Shown in pieces: positions 26,758 through 35,774 of a stretch of DNA of 52,740 nt. Below the pieces are notes generated by a model, which saw nothing but the letters and a program-made list of their open reading frames with translations, was not told the origin of the DNA and did not search any database. Position numbers and translations under genes: made by a program. Source of the DNA: Armatimonadota bacterium (lineage in GTDB: Bacteria > Sysuimicrobiota > Sysuimicrobiia > Sysuimicrobiales > Humicultoraceae); assembly GCA_037446215.1 (NCBI GenBank), contig JBBIJB010000010.1:1-52740 (forward strand), given 5' to 3'. Positions within the stretch are counted from its first letter, which is position 1, and each line of letters starts with the position of its first letter.

Positions 26758-27857
26758 GCCGGGAGCACTCGGACCTCTCTGGGTAGGTTGCCCAGGCGCT
26801 CCGCGCCGGAGGCGGTGACGACGACGATCTCCTCCAGGCGGACTCCGAACTCGCCCTCCAGGTAGATGCCCGGCTCGATGCTGAACGTCATGCCTTCCTG
26901 GAGCGGGCTCTCGTCGGTGTGGGTCACCGAAGGCGCCTCGTGGCCCGATATGCCGATCCCGTGGCCGGTGCGGTGCGTGAACTGCGCCCCGAAGCCCGCT
27001 TCCTCTATGACCGAGCGCGCGGCGCGATCCACGTCGGCGATGGGCCTGCCCGGGAGCACGGCGTCCATCGCGGCGCGTACAGCCATCTCGACCACGGTGT
27101 GTACCTCGCGGTAGCGCGCTGAGGGCTCACCTAGGTAGGCCATCCGCGTGATGTCGGAGGCGTATCCGTCGAGGCGCCCGATGAGATCGACGAGGACCGG
27201 CTCTTGGCCCACCAACTCGCGGCTCCCCGAGTGGTGATGGGGATAGGCCGAGTTGGGGCCTCCGCCCACGATCGCGAGTCCCGCCTCCGAGACGCCCTGG
27301 AGCGCGAACGCCTCGGCGACGGCGCGAGCCACAGCCTCCTCGGTCACGCCGGGCCGGCACGCGGCGAACGCCGCGTCCATGGCGACATCCGCGGTGGCCG
27401 CCGACCGGCGCAGCGCGTCCACCTCGGCGGCGCACTTGATCATGCGGACGGGTGCGACCACCTCCGATCCCGGCACGAACTCGCTGCCCTGCCACCGCGC
27501 CTGCAGCAGCAAGAGGAAGTCGGCGCGCATCGTCTCGCCCGCGCAGACGCGGCCTCGGGCGCCAACCCGGTCGCGGGCCTGCGCCAGCACCGCACCGGGG
27601 CCCTCGGCGTCGGAGTAGGTGAGGAACGGCAGGTCGAGATGTGCCCGGGCCTGCGAGGCGTTCAACTCCGGGACCAGGAAGAGCGCGTCATCGGCCGTGG
27701 CGAACAGGAAGCAGGGCCGCTCGTCCGCGCGCGGCGAGTAGCCGAGGATGTAGAGCAGGTCGTCGCTGGGAGAGACGCAGAGGAGATCTACGCCGGCCGA
27801 TCGCATCCGGGCCCTGATTCGAGAGAGCCTCTCTTGCCCTGCTGTGGCTTCCGTCAC
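26754..27857 (-). CDS. M24-family Xaa-Pro aminopeptidase / dipeptidase
   Basis: GTG with GAGGAGG RBS. Creatinase-like N-domain plus pita-bread motifs VDLIGRLDGYASDITR, HRTGHGIGISGHEAP, FSIEPGIY and VRLEEIVVVT. Confidence 0.9.
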   Translation of the reverse strand: MTEATAGQERLSRIRARMRSAGVDLLCVSPSDDLLYILGYSPRADERPCFLFATADDALFLVPELNASQARAHLDLPFLTYSDAEGPGAVLAQARDRVGARGRVCAGETMRADFLLLLQARWQGSEFVPGSEVVAPVRMIKCAAEVDALRRSAATADVAMDAAFAACRPGVTEEAVARAVAEAFALQGVSEAGLAIVGGGPNSAYPHHHSGSRELVGQEPVLVDLIGRLDGYASDITRMAYLGEPSARYREVHTVVEMAVRAAMDAVLPGRPIADVDRAARSVIEEAGFGAQFTHRTGHGIGISGHEAPSVTHTDESPLQEGMTFSIEPGIYLEGEFGVRLEEIVVVTASGAERLGNLPREVRVLPA

Positions 27858-28007
27858 TGTGCTGCCTCCTCAGACGGCGGTGGTGGCTCCCATGCCGATC
27901 GCACACTCGGCCTACTCCTTCACGCTCGGGCGGCCGCGTACCTCCCGGGCCCGGTGTGCCCTGTTTGAAGGAGCGGCTACCCGGCCCGACGAATCCGCAC
28001 GGGTCAG

Positions 28008-28736
28008 ATGTCGATATCCAGCCAACGTGGAAGACCCGGCGCAACTGAAGTCGCCTTCCCGACCGGCGAGACCCTTCGCGGGGTCCGCGCCCGGGCGCGG
28101 AAGATCGCGGCCGTGCTCGCCGAGCGGTATCCCGTAGTGCGCCTGCCCCTGGAGCACAGGAGCCCTCTCCAGCTGCTGGTCGCTACGATCCTGTCGGCGC
28201 AGTGCACCGATGCGCAGGTGAACAGGGTGACTCCGGCGCTCTTCTCCCGCTACAGGACGGCGGCCGACTTCGCCTCGGCAGACCCCACCGAGCTCGAGGG
28301 CATGATCCACTCCACCGGCTTCTTCAGGCAGAAGGCGCGCGCGATAACGCGGATGGCCAGGTCCCTCGAGGAGAAGTTCGGCGGCGTGGTGCCTGACACG
28401 ATGGAGGAGCTGCTGCAGCTTCACGGCGTCGGTCGTAAGACCGCAAACGTGATCCTGGGAGCATTCGGCCGGCCCGGGATGGTGGTGGACACCCACGTCC
28501 GGAGGATAAGCAGGCGGCTCGGACTGACCGCCCACGACGATCCGGCCAAGATAGAGCAGGATCTGATGCTGCTGATCGAGCCCTCCGAGTGGTCCGACTT
28601 CTCGCTGCGGCTGGTCTACTTCGGGAGGCAGGTCTGCTCGGCGCGGCAGCCGGTGTGCCCGGCCTGCCCGGTGCGGCGACGATGTCCTTCGGCGGAGTTC
28701 TCGGGCAGGCCGCCCTGGATGGTGGGGAAGCGTTGA
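28008..28736 (+). CDS. nth: Endonuclease III (DNA-(apurinic/apyrimidinic site) lyase, Nth)
   Basis: LLVATILSAQCTDAQVN, HhH-GPD LHGVGRKTANVILG, and the [4Fe-4S] cluster loop CSARQPVCPACPVRRRC. Confidence 0.9.
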   Translation: MSISSQRGRPGATEVAFPTGETLRGVRARARKIAAVLAERYPVVRLPLEHRSPLQLLVATILSAQCTDAQVNRVTPALFSRYRTAADFASADPTELEGMIHSTGFFRQKARAITRMARSLEEKFGGVVPDTMEELLQLHGVGRKTANVILGAFGRPGMVVDTHVRRISRRLGLTAHDDPAKIEQDLMLLIEPSEWSDFSLRLVYFGRQVCSARQPVCPACPVRRRCPSAEFSGRPPWMVGKR

Positions 28737-30349
28737 GCACGGGACGTTCCGCGGTGATCGCGCGGCGCGCGATGGTCGCGACCGGCCACCCGCTCGCCAG
28801 CGCCGCCGGGATCGAGGTGCTGTCCGCGGGCGGCAACGCCGTGGATGCGGCGGTCGCGGTTGCCGCGGTGCTGGGCGTGGCGCAGCCGATGATGAGCGGG
28901 TTGGGCGGAGACACCTTCATGCTCGTCTACCTGCGGCGCCAGGACAGGGTATGGGGCTTGAATGGCGGCGGGCCTGCCCCGCTGGCGGCAACGGCCGAGC
29001 TGTTCAGGGGGCAGGGGCTGGCCCGCGTACCGGGCAGGGGCACGATCTCGGCCTCGGTCCCGGGTGCCGTGGCGGCGATGGAGAAGGCCCTCTCGCTGTG
29101 GGGCTCGGGCCGGTTCTCCCTCGGGCGGCTGCTCGATCCGGCGATCAGGTATGCCGAGGAGGGCGTGCCCGTGGCGCCCCACGTCGCCGGCTGGATCCGG
29201 GAGTCGGCACCGATCCTCGCGGAGTACCCGTCCTCGGCGGCCGTCTTCCTGCCCGGAGGCCTGCCCCCCGCTGAAGGCGATGTGCTTGTCCAGACAGACC
29301 TCGGCGGCTCCCTGCGAGAGGTGGCCTCCGGTGGAGCGGATGCCTTCTACAGGGGGCGGCTCGCGCATGCGATCTGCGACTACTGCCGAGGCCACGGCGG
29401 GCTGCTCTCCGCCGAGGACTTCGCGCGGTTTGGCGTGGAGGAGCACGCGCCGCTTCAGACCACGTATCACGGAGTGACGGTCTGCACCACTGCTCCTCCC
29501 TCGCAGGGGTTCCTGCTCCTCGAGATGCTGAACATCCTGGAGGGGTATGAGCAGGAGCCGTGGGGATCGGCGGACGGGATACACTGGGCGGTGGAGGCGA
29601 AGAAGCTCGCCTTCGCGGACCGCCTTGCCTACCTCGGTGATCCGTTGTTCGTTCCAAGTCCGGTGGAGGCGCTGCTCGACAAGTCCTACGCGGCGCGGCG
29701 GCGCCGCGAGATTGATCCCGGGCGCGCCGCGAAGTCCTGTTCGGGCGGCCTGCGGACGGCGGAGGGCGGCAACACCACCTACTTCTGCGTGGCAGACGTC
29801 GAGGGCAACCTGGTCTCCTACATCACCAGCCTCTCGGCGCTCTTCGGATGCGGCGACCTGGTCGAGGGCACGGGGATCATGCTGAACAACCGGGCCGGGA
29901 GGGGGTTCCTGCTCGCGGAGGGCCATCCCAACTGCATCGCCCCGGGCAAGCGGACCATGCACACGCTTACGCCGTACATGGCCCTGCGGGACGGCGTGCC
30001 CTGGCTGGTCTGGGGGACGCCGGGAGGCGACGCTCAGCCGCAGTGGAACCTCCAGGTCCTGCAGAACCTGCTCCATTCGGGCATGGATCTGCAGGCCGCG
30101 ATAGAGGCGCCGCGCTGGCGCAGCTTTCCGGGGGCAGACGCGGGCACGCTCGGCGGGCCTTTCGAGCTGCGCGTCGAGGAGGGGTTCCCCCGGGAGAGCC
30201 TCGAGGAGCTCGCGCGCCGAGGCCACGTGCTGGCGCCGATGGGCGCCCTCGAGGGCGGCGGAGCCCAGGCGGTGCTGGTAGACCGCAGCAGGGGGATCTA
30301 CGTCGGCGGCTCAGACCCCCGCGTAGACGGCTGCGCTGTAGGACTCTAA
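28733..30349 (+). CDS. ggt: Gamma-glutamyltransferase family protein (no obvious signal peptide)
   Basis: The tracked ORF start (28589) overlaps nth. TTG at 28733 overlaps the nth stop (TTGA); an alternative ATG is at 28772. Motifs ATGHPLASAAGIEVLSAGGNAVDAAVA, nucleophile region GGNTTYFCVAD and GTPGGDAQPQ. Confidence 0.85.
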   Translation: MSTGRSAVIARRAMVATGHPLASAAGIEVLSAGGNAVDAAVAVAAVLGVAQPMMSGLGGDTFMLVYLRRQDRVWGLNGGGPAPLAATAELFRGQGLARVPGRGTISASVPGAVAAMEKALSLWGSGRFSLGRLLDPAIRYAEEGVPVAPHVAGWIRESAPILAEYPSSAAVFLPGGLPPAEGDVLVQTDLGGSLREVASGGADAFYRGRLAHAICDYCRGHGGLLSAEDFARFGVEEHAPLQTTYHGVTVCTTAPPSQGFLLLEMLNILEGYEQEPWGSADGIHWAVEAKKLAFADRLAYLGDPLFVPSPVEALLDKSYAARRRREIDPGRAAKSCSGGLRTAEGGNTTYFCVADVEGNLVSYITSLSALFGCGDLVEGTGIMLNNRAGRGFLLAEGHPNCIAPGKRTMHTLTPYMALRDGVPWLVWGTPGGDAQPQWNLQVLQNLLHSGMDLQAAIEAPRWRSFPGADAGTLGGPFELRVEEGFPRESLEELARRGHVLAPMGALEGGGAQAVLVDRSRGIYVGGSDPRVDGCAVGL

Positions 30350-30368
30350 TGCAATGCGGAGGTGGGGC

Positions 30369-30962
30369 ATGGCAGATGCGCGTCACGAGCGAACCCTCGT
30401 CTTCCTCAAGCCGGACGGGGTGCAGAGGGGGCTTGCGGGAGCCGTGCTGTCACGGTTCGAACGGGCCGGGCTCAAGGTGGTCGCCCTCAAGATGGTGCGG
30501 CCCACGCCGGAGCTGCTCGAGCGCCATTACCCCTCCGACGAGGGGTTCATCGCGACCATAGGAGGCAAGACCCGCGAGGCGTTTGCCGCGGCCGGCCTCG
30601 ACATCATGGAGCAGGTCGGCTCCGACGACCCCCTGACCATCGGCCGCCAGGTGCGCCGGTGGCTGGTCGACTTCGTGGCCTCGGGCCCGGTGGTCGCCTT
30701 CGTCCTGGAGGGGACGCACGCGGTATCCGTCACAAGGAAGCTGGTCGGAGATACCCTTCCCTTCCGCGCGGCCCCGGGAACAATCCGCGGCGACTTCTCA
30801 GCGGACTCCCCGACCGTCGCCAACCTCCAGAAGCGCCCGGTGCGCAACGTGGTGCATGCCTCCGGAACGATCGAGGAGGCGGAGGCGGAGATCGCGCTGT
30901 GGTTCGCTGCTGATGAGATCCACGACTACCGGCGGGTGGACGAGGAGCTAGTCCTCGGGTAG
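30369..30962 (+). CDS. ndk: Nucleoside-diphosphate kinase, long form with internal insertions
   Basis: ATG 6 nt after GGAGGTGGGG. ERTLVFLKPDGVQRGL, GPVVAFVLEG, APGTIRGDF and active-site NVVHASG. About 197 aa versus roughly 140-150 for canonical Ndk. Confidence 0.85.
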   Translation: MADARHERTLVFLKPDGVQRGLAGAVLSRFERAGLKVVALKMVRPTPELLERHYPSDEGFIATIGGKTREAFAAAGLDIMEQVGSDDPLTIGRQVRRWLVDFVASGPVVAFVLEGTHAVSVTRKLVGDTLPFRAAPGTIRGDFSADSPTVANLQKRPVRNVVHASGTIEEAEAEIALWFAADEIHDYRRVDEELVLG

Positions 30963-31706
30963 CACCTCTCCAAGCACCCAGCCGCTGCCCGACAGCACCT
31001 GACCGGGGCGTGGATCGGCCGGAAGCGTCTCGCGATCGGCCGCCAGGGAGATCGTGACCCCCGAGGTCACGATGCGCACCCACCAAAAGGGCGCTCCGGT
31101 AGCGGGGTTCGTCATCCGCACCGACTCCTCGATGATCCCGGTGACCAGCGCGGTCGCATCCGCTTCGCCCACCGGCTCATCCACGCCGTGGTGGATGCTC
31201 GAGGCGAACGACTGGAGCGGGGGCCGGTAGGAGATCCCCCGGACCGACTCGTAGGCCTCCACATCCGGGTAGAGGGTCGCCTCGTGGAGTATCGCAGCGA
31301 GGCGTAGCGTCACCACCGCGCCCTCGCGCAGATCCTTCCTCACCGCGATGTAGTTGACCAGGTCGACCCTGAGCGGGAAGAGGCCGGAGTAGGGCTCGTC
31401 CTCCTCGGTGGGCTCCAGCCAGCCGTCGATCCATCCCTCGAAGCCGTCCTCGTCAGAGCTCCCCGAGCCGGTCAGGGCCATGCGGTAGGCGTCGTCCGTC
31501 GCGAAGAACGGGGTCGCAACGACCGCCTCTCCATCCGAGCCCGTCTGCACCCAGATCTCGGGGCCGACTCCCGGCGCCCACCTTACGAGAGCGCGCCCTC
31601 CGACCGAGGCGACCCGGCTTCCCGCGGAGGCGGCGGTCCTTGCCAGGGCCCAGTACTGGCGGGTCTCCTTTACCGGAAAGCCGATCGCGTCGAAGTGGCT
31701 GGACAT
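30948..31706 (-). CDS. Hypothetical cytoplasmic acidic protein (252 aa), no family recognised
   Basis: The tracked 359-aa ORF is over-extended. ATG at 31706 (MSSHFDAIGFPV...) is preceded by GAGGATAGG. Coding-like composition. The 3' end overlaps convergent ndk by 15 nt. Confidence 0.6.
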   Translation of the reverse strand: MSSHFDAIGFPVKETRQYWALARTAASAGSRVASVGGRALVRWAPGVGPEIWVQTGSDGEAVVATPFFATDDAYRMALTGSGSSDEDGFEGWIDGWLEPTEEDEPYSGLFPLRVDLVNYIAVRKDLREGAVVTLRLAAILHEATLYPDVEAYESVRGISYRPPLQSFASSIHHGVDEPVGEADATALVTGIIEESVRMTNPATGAPFWWVRIVTSGVTISLAADRETLPADPRPGQVLSGSGWVLGEVLPED

Positions 31707-31854
31707 CCTATCCTCGGGTTCTCCTCGACCGGGGCCCGCCCCTCCCTCTGATGAGAGGAGCACCCGAGCAGGTTTGGGGCGGATCTGGCAGAAAGAGTAG
31801 CCAGGTGGACCAGGCCGCGGCACGCACGCCGTGCGCCGCCCTGGAGGGGGGTAG

Positions 31855-33165
31855 GTGGCCATGAGATCACGCCATCTAGTTGCCGTGGCGGCCGGGGTCG
31901 CGCTGGCCGTGGGCCTGGGAGCGCTGCTCGTCAGCATCGTAGTCCGGCAGCAGCAGGCGCGCATGGCGTACTTCAGAGTGGTGGAGATCGCCGACGACGA
32001 GCCCGACCCCGCGGTGTGGGGGCGCAACTTCCCGGGCCAGTACGAGGCCTATATCAAGACCATGCGCACCTCGGAGCTCGTGAAGTACAGCGCCTACGGC
32101 AGGTACGGCGGTTCGGAGGCGTTCTCGAAGCTCGAGATGCACCCCGACTACGTCAAGATCTTCGCGGGCTATCCCTTTAGCGTGGACTATCGCGAGGAGC
32201 AGGGCCACCTCTGGGCCGTCCGGGACGTGATCCGGACCAAGCGGCTTGGCGACGCCAAGCCCGGCACCTGCATGACCTGCAAGAGCAGCCAGGTTCCCGG
32301 TCTCATGAAGACGCTCGGCCCGGCCGGGTTCTACGCGATGCCGATGAAGGAGATGGTCGAGAAGTACGACGTCAAGCACCCGATCTCGTGCGCCGACTGT
32401 CACGACGCCCGAACGATGGCGCTGCGCATATCTCGGCCGGCCTTCAGGGAAGGGATGGCGTCCAGGGGGATCGACGTGAGCAAGGCCTCCCGGCAGGAGA
32501 TGCGCACCTACGTCTGCGCCCAGTGTCACGTCGAGTACCACTTCAGGGGCAAGACCGAGAAGTACCTCGTCTTCCCCTGGTCGAAGGGCCTCCGGATAGA
32601 GAACGTCGAGGCCTACTACGACGAGATCAAGTTCTCCGACTGGGAGCACAAGATCACACGGGCGCCTATGGTCAAGATACAGCACCCGGAGTTCGAGCTC
32701 TGGTCGACGGGCAACCACGCCCGCTCAGGGGTCTCCTGCGCCGACTGCCACATGCCCTACATGAGGGTGGGCGCGGTCAAGATCACCGATCACTGGATCC
32801 GGACGCCGCTCGCCAACGTCGAGAACACCTGCACCACCTGCCACCGGCAGACCGCCTCCGAGATGCGCGCGCGGATCATGGAGGCTCAGTCGAGGACCCA
32901 CCAGCTCTTGACGCAGGGAGAGAAGGCGCTGATCGACGCGATGTCCGCGATCGAGAAGGCGATGGCGGAGGGCGCCAGCGACGAGGCGCTGGCCCCGGCC
33001 CGCGCGCTGCATCGCAGCTCCCAGATACGCTGGGACTTCATCAGCGCCGAGAACAGCATGGGGTTCCACAGCCCGCAGGAGGCCGTGCGGATCCTGGGAG
33101 ATGCGATCGACCGAGCCCGGCGAGCGGAGCTGGCCGCCGTCCGGGCCCCGAGGCCTCCGCGCTAG
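31855..33165 (+). CDS. nrfA: Ammonia-forming pentahaem cytochrome c nitrite reductase (NrfA)
   Basis: N-terminal membrane anchor or signal. Five haem sites in NrfA order: CMTCK (diagnostic CXXCK), CADCH, CAQCH, CADCH, CTTCH. Start is GTG 31855 or ATG 31861. Confidence 0.9.
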   Translation: MAMRSRHLVAVAAGVALAVGLGALLVSIVVRQQQARMAYFRVVEIADDEPDPAVWGRNFPGQYEAYIKTMRTSELVKYSAYGRYGGSEAFSKLEMHPDYVKIFAGYPFSVDYREEQGHLWAVRDVIRTKRLGDAKPGTCMTCKSSQVPGLMKTLGPAGFYAMPMKEMVEKYDVKHPISCADCHDARTMALRISRPAFREGMASRGIDVSKASRQEMRTYVCAQCHVEYHFRGKTEKYLVFPWSKGLRIENVEAYYDEIKFSDWEHKITRAPMVKIQHPEFELWSTGNHARSGVSCADCHMPYMRVGAVKITDHWIRTPLANVENTCTTCHRQTASEMRARIMEAQSRTHQLLTQGEKALIDAMSAIEKAMAEGASDEALAPARALHRSSQIRWDFISAENSMGFHSPQEAVRILGDAIDRARRAELAAVRAPRPPR

Positions 33166-33621
33166 GTGTCCCTTCCCATGCGCCTTCGGACCTCTCTCGG
33201 CCTGACGCTCGCCCTGACCGTGGGGCTGGTCCTCGGCCTGGGCGCCTTCACCTTCATCTACGGCAAGGGGTTCTCGTACTTCGTCGACGATCCGGCGGCC
33301 TGCGTGAACTGCCACGTCATGAAAGACAACTACGACTCCTGGGCCGCCGCCTCGCACAGGGGCGTTTCATGCAACGGGTGCCACGTCCCGTCCGGGACTG
33401 CGGCCAAGTACCTCTCGAAGGCCCGCAACGGCTGGCTGCACTCCTACGCCTTCACGTTCCGCGACGTCCAGGTGCTGAGGATAAGACAGCCAAACCAGCG
33501 CGTTGTGGACGCCAACTGCAGGTCGTGCCACGCGCGGCTGGTTTCGGATGTCTTTCCGGCGAGAGTCCGGGCGGGCAGGTACTGCTTCGACTGCCACAAG
33601 GGGGCGGGACACGGCTTCTGA
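33166..33621 (+). CDS. nrfH: Tetrahaem NapC/NirT-family quinol dehydrogenase (NrfH)
   Basis: N-terminal TM helix, then CVNCHVM, CNGCH, CRSCH and CFDCH. Starts immediately after the nrfA stop (GTG 33166, or ATG 33178). Confidence 0.85.
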   Translation: MSLPMRLRTSLGLTLALTVGLVLGLGAFTFIYGKGFSYFVDDPAACVNCHVMKDNYDSWAAASHRGVSCNGCHVPSGTAAKYLSKARNGWLHSYAFTFRDVQVLRIRQPNQRVVDANCRSCHARLVSDVFPARVRAGRYCFDCHKGAGHGF

Positions 33622-33642
33622 TCGAGGGGGGCGCGCACCGCA

Positions 33643-34620
33643 CTACCTGATGGCGTGCCTCTTGAAGAACTCCCATATGACGTCGCTGGCGTCTATGTCC
33701 CTGCTGGCCCTTCCGATCAGGCGCTCCGGCAGGTACTGGTAGCCTCCCGGCCACGTGTGGCCTCCGCCCTCCACCGCGTACAGGACGACCTCGCTTCCCT
33801 CCCAGCACGGCCCGTAGAGCTCGCGTCGCACGTGCGTCCAGTCACCGGGGGCGCGGTCGGGCTCCCAGGCCACCGCCGGCACGGGCAGGCACTGGTTGTG
33901 TGCGACCCAGTAGCCCAGCGTTTCCTGAACCGAGAGCGCCCGCCCGGCCTTCTGGCCCCCGGGAAAGCCTATGTCGCCGCCGTCCCAGGGTACGAGCGGA
34001 TCCCTTGTGCCGGGCATCAGCAGCACCGAGACGGGCCTGGAGGGATCCCGCATCCGCCCGATCTGCTCCGAGGAGTTGACCGCGACCACGGCGATCGCCG
34101 CGATCTTCGATGAGAGCTCACGCGCAAGCCTAAGCGACATCAGCCCGCCGTTTGAGATCCCCGTGGAGTAGACCCTGCTCCGATCGATCTGAGTCCCGGC
34201 AGACAGATGGTCGATCAGGGCGGCGATGAAGGCCACATCGTCGATGTTGTCCCGGTGGGCCCTGTAGGACGGTACCCCTCTGCCGTCGTTCCAGTGGCGG
34301 TCCACCCCGTCCGGGTAGACAACCGCGAATCCGTCACGCTCGGCCAGGAGGTTGAACCTCCCCTCCGTGAGCTGGATCATGTGCCTGCCTGTCCCTCCGC
34401 CGCCGTGCAGCGCGAGGACCAGGGGGAGCGGCCGGGATCTATCGTGGCCGCGCGGGACGTACAGGAGGTAGGTCCGGTGTAATCCCCCGAATGCCACCGC
34501 CCCCGCCGTGGCCCCGGGCGTGCCGCCTCCCGGGGTCTGGGCCACGGATGCGGTCGGGGCTCCCATCGCCGCCAGCACTGCAAGGACGCACGACAGGGCC
34601 GCGCAGGTACGGATGCTCAA
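33643..34620 (-). CDS. Secreted esterase of the PHB-depolymerase / LpqC family
   Basis: TTG at 34620 lies 6-7 nt after GGAGGGGAG and overlaps the upstream stop (TTGA). Signal peptide SIRTCAALSCVLAVLAAMGAPTASVAQ. LVLALHGGGGTG, VVYPDG and nucleophile STGISNGG. Confidence 0.8.
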   Translation of the reverse strand: MSIRTCAALSCVLAVLAAMGAPTASVAQTPGGGTPGATAGAVAFGGLHRTYLLYVPRGHDRSRPLPLVLALHGGGGTGRHMIQLTEGRFNLLAERDGFAVVYPDGVDRHWNDGRGVPSYRAHRDNIDDVAFIAALIDHLSAGTQIDRSRVYSTGISNGGLMSLRLARELSSKIAAIAVVAVNSSEQIGRMRDPSRPVSVLLMPGTRDPLVPWDGGDIGFPGGQKAGRALSVQETLGYWVAHNQCLPVPAVAWEPDRAPGDWTHVRRELYGPCWEGSEVVLYAVEGGGHTWPGGYQYLPERLIGRASRDIDASDVIWEFFKRHAIR

Positions 34621-35714
34621 GGAACTCCCCTCCACGATGACTGCTCCCAGATCCCCGGGACTGTCTGGTGACAGGAGGGGCACCGCCCCCCGATCTCTGC
34701 CAACCGGTTCGCCGCCACGTAGAACCCGCGGCGCTCCACGAGCAGGGCGCGGCAGCGGGGGCAGTAGGTGTTCTGGTACTGCCCGACACGCCCAGGAAGA
34801 TTGCCGGCGTACACGAACCGGAGCCCCGCGGTCTCGCCGGCGCCCGCAGCCCGCAGCAGCGTCTCCTCCGGGGTGTTCCGGAAGTCCGTCATCCTGTAGT
34901 CGGCGTGGAAGGCCGTCACGTGCCACGGTATGTCCTTGGAGATCGAGGCGATGAACCGCGCCACGTCACCGAGCTCCTCGTCGGAGTCGTTCCAACCCGG
35001 GATCACCAGCGTCACTATCTCGACCCAGAAGCCCATCTCGCAGGCCATCTCCACGCTCTCCAGGACATGATCGAGGACTCCGCCGAGCTCGCGGAACCGG
35101 CTTGGGTTCATCGTCTTGAGATCGATCTTGTAGCCGTCACACCAGGGGTTTAGGTAGGTGAGCGCCTCACGCGTGGCGTTGCCGTTGCTGACGACGCACG
35201 TGCGCAGCCCTGCCCGCCGCGCCTCCTTGAAGACAGCCACGCCCCACTCGGCGGTGATCAGGGGCTCGTTGTACGAGCTGGCCACGAGCCGCGCCCCATG
35301 GTGAAGCGCCAGTCTCACGATGCGCTCCGCGGGGATCTCCTCGGGCATCGCTCCCGCTGCCGGGTCGCGCAGCGCCTGCGAGGTGACCCAGTTCTGGCAG
35401 CCGGGGCAGTGGAGGTCGCACCCCAGCATCCCGAACGTCATCGTCCTGGCCCCAGGCAAGAGATGGTAGAAGGGCTTCTTCTCGATCGGGTCGCACTGGA
35501 GGCCCGCCACGTAGCCCCAGGGCACGCGCAGGGCGCCGTCCTCGTTGAAGCGCACCTTGCACACGCCGCGGTGGCCCGGCGGGATCACGCACCTGTGCCC
35601 GCAGGCCAGGCAGCGCACCCTGCTCCTCCCCATGGGTTCGCACAGCTCTCCAGGGGCGGTCCTCGCGTCGAGGAAGTCGGACAGGTCTCCCGTGTTGCCG
35701 GCCGGGCGAAGCAT
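34617..35714 (-). CDS. AmmeMemoRadiSam-system-type radical SAM enzyme (PflA-like activase family)
   Basis: ATG 6 nt after AAGGAGGG. N-terminal Cys cluster RCLACGHRCVIPPGHRGVCKVR, radical SAM CDLHCPGCQNW (CX3CX2C), C-terminal CPRC...CPSC. Confidence 0.85.
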   Translation of the reverse strand: MLRPAGNTGDLSDFLDARTAPGELCEPMGRSRVRCLACGHRCVIPPGHRGVCKVRFNEDGALRVPWGYVAGLQCDPIEKKPFYHLLPGARTMTFGMLGCDLHCPGCQNWVTSQALRDPAAGAMPEEIPAERIVRLALHHGARLVASSYNEPLITAEWGVAVFKEARRAGLRTCVVSNGNATREALTYLNPWCDGYKIDLKTMNPSRFRELGGVLDHVLESVEMACEMGFWVEIVTLVIPGWNDSDEELGDVARFIASISKDIPWHVTAFHADYRMTDFRNTPEETLLRAAGAGETAGLRFVYAGNLPGRVGQYQNTYCPRCRALLVERRGFYVAANRLAEIGGRCPSCHQTVPGIWEQSSWRGVP

Positions 35715-35732
35715 CGCCAGCCCTCCTTGACC

Positions 35733-35741
35733 ATTCTAACA
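35733..35741 (-). promoter_or_regulatory. Extended -10-like element TGtTAGAAT for the radical SAM/esterase operon
   Basis: The minus strand reads ctgTTAGAATggtcAAGGAGGgctggcgATG, placing the -10 about 19 nt upstream of the ATG. Confidence 0.35.
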
Positions 35742-35774
35742 GCGGGGGCGGCTCGAACCCATCAGAGGGCGGCG

